A stretch of DNA of 64,000 bases from assembly GCA_021613535.1 (NCBI GenBank), contig CP075492.1:8060001-8124000 (forward strand), read 5' to 3'. Position 1 is the first letter of the stretch. Each line of letters starts with the position of its first letter. Positions 14,897 through 26,390 of this stretch are shown piece by piece. The notes under the pieces are model-generated. The model was not told the origin of the DNA. It did no database searches and saw nothing but the letters and a program-made list of their open reading frames with translations. Origin of the DNA: Adineta vaga. Its lineage: Eukaryota; Animalia; Rotifera. Both the position numbers and the translations under genes were made by a program.

Positions 14897-17800
14897 ATGG
14901 CAGCTAATTTTACAGCATTAGTTGAAAATGTGATCACTTGTCCAATATGTTTGAAACATTTTGATGAACCACGTATGCTACCATGTAAGCATACATTTTG
15001 TTTACAATGTATCCAACATATGACCTCGCAAAACAATGGTCTGTTAGAATGTCCAAAGAAGGATGGAACTACCGTTGAAGGTCATAATATCAATACGTTA
15101 CCATCGAATCAAACTGTGCGGGATCTTATTCAACTATTTGGTAGGTCTTTAAATCACTTTTACGCACTTCACAATCTTACGAACATCCTTTCATATAGAT
15201 CATCCCGAACCTGCTTCTATTCAATGTCAGCGATGTGAAACTAGTGAAGCTGAACATTGGTGTGATAGCGATTGCAAACATTGTTTTTGTTCGAAATGTT
15301 GGGATGCCATTCATGATGTAGGTCAATATCGGAATCATACAAAACTTCCTGTCAAGGACAAACCTGTCGAAGTACCTCGATGTCAAGATCATGGGGATGA
15401 TGGATTGAAATATTGGTGTGAACAATGCACGAAAGAGATTTGTGGTGGATGTCAACAATTACAACATAGAGATCATCGCTTTGTTCTAGTTACTGGTTAT
15501 GTTAAGACCTTAGAAGAACAGGTATGTGTAATTTTTAAAAAGGATTCTTTCAAACTTAATTTGATCTTTGTTATTTTAGTGTGAAAATAACTTACAAGGA
15601 GTTCAGTCATGTTTGTCTTATCGATCGAAACGAGTAGATAAAATGATCCTCGAAGTTGAAAAAGAAAGTCAATCCAATCAAGTGAAGGTCAGCGAAACGA
15701 TGCAAAATCTTCGACAGCTTATCAATGAACAAGAACGCGTTCTGCTGGAAAACATTCGTCAGGATGAAAAGACTCAAAGGACATCAATCGAGGAATATAA
15801 ACGTTTACTTCAGGGTGAACAGCATGGTTTGATTGAACAAGTATTAAATTTCGTAGTTGTTGCGAAAGATAAACAACCGAAGAAACTTTTGGATGCAAGA
15901 CAACCATTTGAAAATTATATAAAAAGGACGAATGAGAAGTTACTAGAACTGAAGCCATTGTCTAGGATTAAAAAACATATAGTAGGTTTTGATAAATTGA
16001 ATGAATTGGAAATGCAAATTCGAAACATGAAATTGGAAAATACAGCGGAATACACAAATCAGCAACTTCAACAGAAAATTGCGAACAGTCCAGATAGATC
16101 GACGCTCAATTTAAGTTCATCAGCACTGACTGATCTTGATATGGAAATTGTGGCCAAGGAAATAGAAATTAACAGGGTATAAAAAACAATTATTTTGTCA
16201 TTTCAATTTAAAATACTATGTTTTAACTAATCTATGGATACTTCTTCTTCTTCGTTGCAGACACTTCGAACATTGCAATTGTATGCGAATCAAATTAGTG
16301 ATATTGGAGCACGACATTTAGCTGATGCTCTAAGAACAAATAAAGTGAGATATTTGTTCTTCTGATGATACTAATATTAGATTCAAATTGGATTAATTTA
16401 TGATATCGATATCATATTCTTTTCTGTTGTTGATATAGACACTTACTGACATACAATTGTATAATAATAAAGTTGGAACTGATGGATTGGAACATTTTGC
16501 AGATGCACTACGGACAAATAAAGTAAGTTGCTTATAATATATGCAATATGTCGACACAGGTTTGAGCAATCATTAGAATATATACAGGGTTTGACTAACA
16601 AGAATAAGTTATAAAACTAATTATTCGTGTGTATACTTTAATATTTCTTTACTTCCCATTACAGACATTGACTACATTGACTTTGTATCAGAATGGTATT
16701 AAGGATGAAGTGGCACAGTGTATTGCTGATGGATTAAAAGTTAATAAAGTAAGTCCTGAAAAGAAGACTTTTTTCAGTTTCTTTAGTTTTTCTTGTGGGA
16801 GGAAAGGCTTGAGATACATAAATCTTTCTGTTTAATCAAATATTGGTCTCATAAATAGGCACATGTTCGAGACTGAATATCAATAACTTACTTTAGATCT
16901 GTGATTCAAATCATCCGCTATTTTCCCCTGTATGTCTTGAAGTAGTATTCTTCAATGGAGATGTTTTCTCGCTAGTTTTGTATTAATGGGAACATGATTT
17001 ACTAGTAGGTGTTCTGATATTGACTTAAGAGGCTACATCCAGCGATTACCTCTTCTAACTACAAACATTTCGTAAGGAGAACTAAATATTGAGTCATAGT
17101 ACTTTTAATTTGAAAGTGTGCTCGTTATGTAAATATGAACAGAAAATGCTGGCACTTTTATTACATATATTTAATTACGTGTTTGTTTTGGAGCATATAT
17201 TTCATTTTAAAAATTATAGGAAATGGAAAATCAAATTCGAAATATCAATGACATACCAGCACCGAAATATGAAAATCAACAATTGCAACAACGTATTACC
17301 GCCAATAGAAATAGAACAATTTTAACTTTGAGTAGTTCACAATTAACGGACCAAGACATGGAAATTGTAGCTGCTGAATTGAAAACTAATACGGTAAGAT
17401 ACTTCTATCTCTTCGAATAGAATTCTACACCAGAACAGGGACTCGACTCTTGTTGAGGATATAGCAAAAATACATACAGAAAATAGAGGTAGCTTTTAAC
17501 TGTCGAGAAGATAGTAACATGACCCTCATTCTTCGTACATTATCAGTCTACTTTTTGTATATAGATAGTAACTCACTTGTATTTGAACGAAAATCAAATT
17601 GGAGATAGTGGAGCACAAAATTTAGCCGATGCACTAAAATCAAACAAAGTAAGTTGATACTCCCATAGATAAGTGTGATTACTTCTGAAACGCGTACCTA
17701 TCAAACATTTTAGTCAGTGACTAGTATAGTAGAGTCGTTCTTTCTTGATTGTTAACATCTCCTTTGATTTATCTCAAGGATTATGAAAATATTTTGACGT

Positions 17801-20800
17801 AAGAGATACCTAGCAGCACTGTTGGAGTTAAAACTGGTTGAATCGGTTATAACTCGATTCAATCCACTGAGTTAAAATGGTTAAGTTGGTTATAACCTAT
17901 TTTAACTCCAACAGTGCCTAGCAGAGAGTTTTATATGAGAATAAACTTCATATCCTTCGCACATTATAAGCTTCAGTGTGAAATATCTTCTTTAATATCC
18001 TTATCTACACTATACAACTTTCATTCTCATTACTTTTCTGACCGTCAAAACATAGTGATAAAATTATATAGAACATCTTCATTTTCTCGTATAGACGTTA
18101 AAGACACTAGATCTACATGAGAATCAAATTGGAGACATCGGAACTCAACACCTTAGTGAAGCCCTGAAAACTAACCAAGTAAGCTACTCTTTTAAACGAC
18201 CTATCCAATAGAAATGTTTAGTTAGTTTGATAGTCTCGTGTTTAACGATTCGATGAATTCTTTATAGTAAAGTGCTGTACTATATAAGTTGTACTCTGGT
18301 GATTTATATTCATATTTAAAGACTACTTTATATACAGAAAGACGATATTTATACGATTTTTTAGAATATTCAATCGCTCAGTAGATTTAGAATATAGATA
18401 TAATAGTGAATTCTTCGTTTTTTCTCATTAACGATGTATGAAATATTATAATATATTTTCTGATACAAATTTTGATGTACTATAGACACTCACACGTTTG
18501 GACATTTATACTAATCAGATCGGAGATATTGGAGCTCAGCATCTAGCCGATGCATTAAAAGTTAATAAAGTAAGTCAACTTCTCAAAAGAGAACACAAAT
18601 ATGGAACAGATCTAATTATTATAAGCTGAGGTCAAAATTTCGTGCTCCATAAGTTAGATATAGATGTAGTTTATAGTCCAGTAATAACAATGTAATCTCT
18701 TTAGCTAATATTTATTCATTGTTTTTAGAAAATCAGTTAAGTATCGATTGTTAGAATTGACTCTCGTCAGTACCTTTTTACTGCATTATTTCAATGGTTG
18801 AGCAGTAAGCAAACTAGCTCAGTTACCATGTTTCTAAAATTTTGAATTACGATACCGATCTAACTGGATAGTTCACTAATATTATGCGAGTTTAACGTCT
18901 CTTCTTTTTCCTCTGTAGGTATTAAAAGAGCTTCAGTTGTTTAATAACAAAATTGGAGACACTGGGGCACAGCATTTGGGAGATGCACTAAAAATCAATC
19001 AAGTAAGCAAGCTTATTCAGTTTATCTTTCCAATGAAGATAGTCAATAAATTAGGAAAATAGTTGTAGGATAGTTAGAAACAAAGAGTGAAATTCAGTTG
19101 AGCAAAATTCGAAAAAAAAACAATGTTTGAATAGTAGGAAAATCATTCTCTAGTTCATCTAATATATATTTGCATTCGCATACAAGATAGAATGAAACAA
19201 TAGGATATTTTAACGGTTTGAATACGTATACAATTTAGATAATGTCAAAATACATTCGTATTCACCAGTTCTTCTATAATTATATACACAGATATATAAA
19301 TCGAGTTCTTTCCTTCTATCGATAGAATATATTTCTTTCAAAAGTATCTAGGATTAAATAACATATGCCATACATCCTCCTTTGTAGAATACTAAAAAGT
19401 GCTGCTTACGATAATTTTCTCTAATTCTATAATGTAGACACTTACATTGATACAACTCCAGACTAATCAGATTGGTGACACTGGAGCACAGTATCTAGCA
19501 GATGCTTTAAAAATTAATCAGGTAAGGAACCTTTATATCTATAATTAAGGATAGGTATGAATAGGGCGTCAATTTAGCATTCACGTCTGCTTCATTCATT
19601 TGTATTTGCCTTGAACTTTTTCTACTATTTGAGCGTTGCGGATACTGATTGTGTTTTTAGTTGAATTTTACCACTTGAATAGCTTTCAAATATCGACATT
19701 TAAGCAATGATATTATGGTAATCTCACTTAATTTAAAGAGAGACAACTGCATCGGATTCGATTGCAGTCTTAAGTGAATTAGCGCTAGAATTTTCATTAT
19801 TTCTGTTTCTTTAATCAATCAATTAGCAATTTGAGTATATCTATAATGAGAATTATCTACTATTTGATCATAGAATATGTTTAACATTTTATATAGAAAC
19901 TAACATATGTCGACTTGGAAAAGAATCAGATTGGCGATACTGGAACACAACATTTAGCTGAAGCATTAAAAGTTAATCGAGTAAGCTGATTGTCTAGTGT
20001 ATTTTATCTAGCAGAGATATTTAACACATGAGAAAAATATTTACACAATTCTTAGAATATTCAAGTTAAGTTACCAAAATATCGTTTTACGTTGATTAGA
20101 TTATTAGAGAAAATGTATTACTTAGTTACGTGTCATCTAGTATTAATGAAGAGCGTCTTATGATTATCGTAGAAATTCCAATAAGATAGTACAATCATTT
20201 GAGAGTATAAATGAAATAAATATAATCTTTTCTCAGTTAAATATTTTTTTTCTTTGCTATTTAAAATTAGAAAGCACATGTATACTAAACATAATCATGT
20301 ATTTTCTTTTATGACAAATAAATAATAATTGCTTACTTTAAACATAGCTAATCTTGTCACATAGACACTGAAAGACTTGCGACTTCAAAAAAATCAGATC
20401 ACAGACAGTGGAGCTCAGCATATAGCAGATGGACTAAAAGCCAATCAAGTGAGCTACGTTTGTTGATAAACTTCACATTGAGATCTCCGTTTTATCGTAC
20501 ACTATTCTTAAGTATTCAGTATTCCACAATTATATTTAAATATGTATAGTGAAAAACTGCTATAGACAACATTGATCATAACTGTTTGTTCGATTTCGAA
20601 TGATGCACTCACATTTTATACAAAGTGATAGTAGTTATCTGTATAAAGAATGACCATAGAAATTCAAGACATGAAAAGTAATTACAGTAATGTTTTTAAT
20701 ATATTTAAAATAACTTCATAGTATAAATAAATCTAACCGACATGCTTTGATAGCATATGTGACATGTCTGAGTTGTACATAAGAAAAGACAATATGAAAG

Positions 20801-23800
20801 ATGCTTTCTTTAAAGGAAGGTAAAATTGTCAAATTTCAATACATCTTTTTCCCCTTATCGTATTAAAAAACGTATTTCTACTGAAATTTTAGTTTACTCA
20901 AAGAAATAGTGCTGTGATGTTGATATTAATGAAGGCATATTTTGTTTATAGAAAATCAGAAGAAACATACTATCTAACATGGATGTTATTCTAATAGTGA
21001 ATCTGCGCTTGATCGAAATAATTGTAAGAACGAGTAAATAAGGATATTTGAAAAGTTCAATAGGTTTCTAAGAGATTAGAAATAGAAGAAATATGCTTAA
21101 TTGACAAAAAGTAGAATTTTGACCGCTAGTGTTCAGTAATACTTATATTCATTATTTTGATTTCTGCTGTAGACATTAAGCATATTAAATCTAAATCAAA
21201 ACCAAATTGGAGATAACGGAGCACAATATCTGAGTGATGCGTTAAAAATTAATCAGGTAAGATACTATTCAAAATGCTTTCACTACTATAGATTAGAGAC
21301 TAGTTAAGCGATTTGAGCTCGTTACAGTTCAGTACTATCAACTAGAGTTCATAGTTGTAATTCTAATTGAATGCTCAAAGGTATCTTTGGATTTTCTTCT
21401 AAAATAAATCTGCGAAAGAAAGTTAGGTTTGTCTTTTCAAACAAATTCGTTCTTTTCGTCTTGTTACGTTTTATTCGATAATATGTTATCGTGTTGACAA
21501 TGTAGTTTGTATATCTTACTAGAGTTGTTTATAGAGATTTTTATATAACCTCTGAATTATTACCATAGCAAGAGTATAAATCAGATAACTATTGCTTATA
21601 TCTTAGAATATTTTTATTCTGTTGAATGAATACAAGAACGAGTAAATCAAGAAAAAAATCGTTGTTATAGATTGCATTCATGTGGATAGTGTTTTTCGTT
21701 TTTACAATGAGACTCAGTGAAATACAAGGAGTCATAAAACAGAGCTGAAATTAAATATCATTTATCATTTACTCACACCCTTTTCTTCATAGTCTCTTCA
21801 ACAAATCTCTCTTAGTGTAAACCAAATCACTGATGCTGGAGCACAATGTTTTGCGGAGACGTTAAAAGTCAATAAAGTAAGACATCGTTTCTTTAAACTT
21901 ACTTCTTCCACTGAAGACACATTTAGAGTAGTTAGATTTTGAGTAGAAATCAAGAAATGTATATTTTATTCTATTAAAATGCAGGAAAATGCTTACTTAG
22001 ATATAGCCATTTAGCTTATTGGCAGTTGCTTTCATCTCACTCTATTAAAAGGAAACTTGTCAGTTAAACTAGAATTACGGGGTAAATGGTGTTCTTTTTT
22101 TATTTATTCCTATAGAATGTGTTTTTTAATGTATATTTATAACGTCAACAATAAAGTCGTTTTTTTCTAATATATTAAGGCCTAAACTAAGGTAGATTCT
22201 ATTCTATCGTTTTTCGAATAATCAATATAATCAAATCCTCATCTACTTTACTGCGTTATTAACAGTTAATAGTGTTTATTTGAGAAATGTACAAAGAATA
22301 GATACAATATGATTTTTTGACTGATCTCTACCGTTACTTCTCACGCATCCTATCAGTAAATACGCGAACACATTTATAAACAATTAGATTAAGAAACCAA
22401 AATGATGATTATGCTTCTGAATATTCATCCGTCCCTTTTTTTATGTAGACGTTAACACTATTGTATCTTGATCAGAATCAAATTGGAGATATTGGAGCGC
22501 AACAACTAGCAGAAGCACTGAAAACAAATAAAGTGAGTCATATTCTCAACTCATATCTGAGAAAAATATTCACATTCTTGAACACATCTACTGAAAGACT
22601 GATAGTTATCAGGCATGCCAAAGATTTGTAACAGATTGTCACGTTTTCCTTTGACATAACTTCAATCTTATTTTGAATATGAAGAGATTCTATATGTTAT
22701 TAGATCTTTTATTTGTACTTGTCTCACAGGTATCTTAGTTTTATCGAGTTGTGCTTCGCATGTACCATCCGCTCGCATTAGTAAATGGTAACATTATTAG
22801 TGTTTATCTACAACTATTTCACATTTAAACTTTGCTATTTTTTATAGACAATAGGATGTTAATGAAATTTAGTCTATAAATAGTTTTTCCTAGCTCATTA
22901 GGACTAGCTTAGAATAGAGAGAGAAATCTTACTGTACTATACTTACTATATTTCGATAATATTCGTTTCAATTGGTCAAGCGTAATGTATTCAATGTATA
23001 TATACAGAAAATTCATCCAACAAATTAGTGTACAGATAGAACACAATTTTGAAAACCATAATATCTGAATAGTTTAGGCTATTCTTCTCTTACCTTCTCC
23101 AGCTCTACGTAGGGTTATCGGGAAGATAGCAGATTCATAGGTCCATCCTCGTTGTGTTTTCTCAATGCTATTTCATATATCATTAACGAATAGACACTCA
23201 CTCAACTATGGCTTCGCGAGAATAGAATCACGGATACCGGGACACAACATCTAGCAGATGCTCTTAAAACTAATACGGTAATTCAGTTTGATAGTTGATT
23301 TTGAAGACCATAGATTCATATGCGATCATTTAGAGTGCTAAAATTAATAGTCAGTACGGGAAAAGATCTCAGTTTTATCTATAGCTTAAGAAAGTTCTAC
23401 AAATTCAGACATCTTATGAAACCTTCTCTTCACGATAAAGATTAACGTGAATCATATGATAATACTAGATGAAATCGAGATTAGAAATAATCGATAATTA
23501 GATATTCAATTCTAAGAGAAGCGTTCAAATCTGTATTTCTTGTTAACATTCTAACTATTTACATCTGTACAAAAGTTTATTTTGTCACAAGTATACACGA
23601 AAACTTCGATAATCAAAGATCGTATTCTTGCCTTTCATACACATTTTATCTAAGAGTAGTGTTTACGAAAAACGCATGTGAGATTTGATGTTAGTTTCAA
23701 TGCACTTGAGCCTCTTTCGATTAGAAACTTCATCAATTTTGAATGATGACATAGTTCATCTAATTCAGAATATTCCAGTGTCGAAGTTTTTAAAATAGAA

Positions 23801-25889
23801 AAATATTTAATAGTAATTCCGGTAGGAAGAAAAATGATGTATTAGTGAGATTGATGATTCTCACTTATGTATGTCGACTAGAAGATGTTAATAATATTTA
23901 ATCGTTTGCTTAAAAATTATAAGATGAGATGACCAAAACAGAAAATCTTTTACATAAATTGTTTGAAAATATACTACAAATAAATCCTAGATTAATTCTG
24001 TTACTTATTATGAATGATGAGAATATTTCTTCGTTTCATTCAATGGATACAAAATAACCAATTCTTTTATGGCCGTATATGAATATACAACGTTACCCGT
24101 TATCGATACAATCGTTGCCCTATATTTATCTATCTCAAAATTATATAAATAATAATAGAGCACACTATCTAATTCAGTTTTTCGCTATGACTCCGTGTAG
24201 CTATTCGAAAATAGAAATTTTTAGATAGTTTTCATTCGACTTAATGCATTGACATTAATTTGATTTTAAAATAGGTTCTTACTCAACTGTCCTTGTATCA
24301 AAACCAAATTACAGATACAGGTGCACAATATCTCGCCGATGCTCTGAAAATCAATAAAGTAAATTCATGTTTTGATGAAAATGATTGATCCAAGATTAAA
24401 GTGCATTATAGAGTATTCTCAAATTTAGTTAAGAGAATGTTGCGTTCGCTTCCTAAAACTGAAGCAAAAGAAGAATAGCTGACATTTCTATATCAGATCC
24501 AGCAGTAACCATCTCTATAAGGCCGTGTTTGCGTCAGATAACGTTCTCCTAAAACTTTTAATTCTGCAAAAAGTTACTTTTCAGCGAAATTAATTAACTT
24601 TACTGATCTCCTCAAGATATAGAGGCCTCTAGAATATGATTATAGATGTTGAAGAGCGCTTGTGAGTATATTCTATGAAATTATTCAACTGTTACAGACA
24701 TTGACACATCTGGTTTTACAACAAAATCAAATTAGTGATAACGGCGCCCAACAACTTGCTGACATGTTGAAAGTTAACAAAGTAAGCTGTCTATTTCGTT
24801 CATCAGCTTGACCTTGTTAATCTTTTTCGAAAATCTGTGATCCATTAAAGCAAAAAGATAGTAAACTACGAGCGAATAGTAGCCAGGTAAAAATGTTATA
24901 GGCAGGACCATTTTTACGTTTCTCATGGTGAAGGTATCTCTCATTCTACCTCTGCCAGCATCTTACTTCATGAGAAATCCTTATCTTGATAGAATACTAC
25001 CTATTTTAAGCAGTTCGTACACTCATCGCCAGCGTATCGTTTTTGATACTTGAGCCGATTCGACGGTGCTAATGGAGAGTATATAATGAAGATACCGATA
25101 ATTTTTCATTACAATGTTATTCTCATCATTTTCGCTATCATATAATGTAGACACTCAAGGAACTATATCTTAGTAAAAATCAAATCGGAGATAATGGAGC
25201 ACAACAGCTGACCAATGCTCTTAGAGAGAATCAGGTTAGTTATTTTTTAGATGACTTTCAGAATTCACTGGCATGTTATGTTAGTAATGGATATAAGTTT
25301 CTAGATAAAAAATCCAATTAGATTAATGAACATAAACAGAAAGTTGATTCATAATAACTATAGAAATATCGCATAATTGTCAAAATATCTTCTAGCAATG
25401 TCACAGAACTCATTCAAGTGCCCTCCATTGTTGTAAAACGTTTCAATTATAGTTTGCAACTTAGAACATAATATTTGACTTTCTGAAGACAGATTAAAAA
25501 CTACCAATAAGCTTGAGAAATCAGCTTAGTTTTTTACTAAAGCCATATCGAATAGTTTGATAGATCATTAGAAGAGATGTCGAAACTGATGGTCAATGAG
25601 ATTAGAAAATATGAGAAAGTAGACAACTTCTATACTTTCCAAATTTTCACGTAGACACTGACTCATCTCTACCTAAAAAATAATCAGATTAGAGATAGTG
25701 GAGCACAAAATCTTGCCGAGGCTCTAAGGAACAATCAAGTGAATATTCTAGTTTTGTTTATTTTCTTCATTTACTCAATTTTCATTTCTTTTTTAGACAA
25801 TACAACTTGTATACCTTAATAACAATAACAACATATCCGCTCAAGTGAAAACTCGTCTGAAGCAGCAAGATCAACGGTTGAATTTTTAA
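14897..25889 (+). CDS. TRIM-type RING-Bbox-Bbox-coiled-coil protein with an expanded LRR cassette-exon array (980 aa if all exons are included)
   Basis: Exons 14897-15140 (RING), 15199-15521 (two B-boxes) and 15580-16176 (coiled coil plus cap), then 18 LRR exons, a cap-like exon at 17220-17393 and a terminal exon at 25797-25889 (TIQLVYLNN...QRLNF*). All junctions are GT-AG and in frame. Confidence 0.92.
16261..25738 (+). repeat. Array of 18 phase-0, 84-nt LRR exons
   Basis: Exons at 16261-16344, 16439-16522, 16665-16748, 17565-17648, 18095-18178, 18486-18569, 18919-19002, 19438-19521, 19897-19980, 20365-20448, 21173-21256, 21793-21876, 22449-22532, 23194-23277, 24275-24358, 24698-24781, 25151-25234 and 25655-25738. 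Consensus TLxxLxLxxNQIGDxGAQxLADALKxNK/Q. Each has AG immediately before and GT immediately after. Confidence 0.95.
17817..17916. mobile_element. 100-bp MITE with 17-bp perfect TIRs and an 8-bp target-site duplication
   Basis: TIRs cactgttggagttaaaa and ttttaactccaacagtg, flanked by cctagcag at 17809-17816 and 17917-17924. Confidence 0.9.
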
Positions 25890-26390
25890 TTTCTAATTTT
25901 ATTATTGTCTGTGTGTATATAGAATAAAAATTTAAGTAAAGTTAATTGATATACTCTCTACGCTTATTCTATTGACCATGAATACTAAACATATTGATCA
26001 ATGACGCGTACGCAAATAGAAAGAGTATCAGAAATGGCAATATCTTTATCTTATAGCGATCATGTAAAGGCTCTCTATGTAGCATGTATATGATTCTCAG
26101 AATAGAAGACAAAAATGCGATGCTCTTTTACAATATATTCAATGTAAACGAAATTACCATCACGTTCTGTCGGCTATAGTAATTATCATTGAATCGAACA
26201 CTGCAGTTGTTCTTTCTAAGCATCATATAGCTATCTGTTCGTCACAACGACGGTACATTTTCGTCGAAATAACAGTCTTTCATCTCATTGGAAAGAAAAG
26301 TAAATAAATAAAAGAGGATGTTGTTTAGAAGAATAACAAGTGTAATGGCTGCCAGTGTTTGAATTCAGTAAAATTCCACAACGAATTAAG

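Noticed and set aside
16553-16610. Short repeat acaggtttga/acagggtttga resembling a Tc1/mariner end
   Set aside because: No matching inverted terminus or target-site duplication was found.
16261-25738. RSS-like recombination signals or a recombinase for somatic rearrangement of the cassettes
   Set aside because: No conserved heptamer/nonamer-type flanks were seen by eye, and no recombinase, transposase or deaminase gene is in the window. DNA-level assembly is unsupported here but not excluded.
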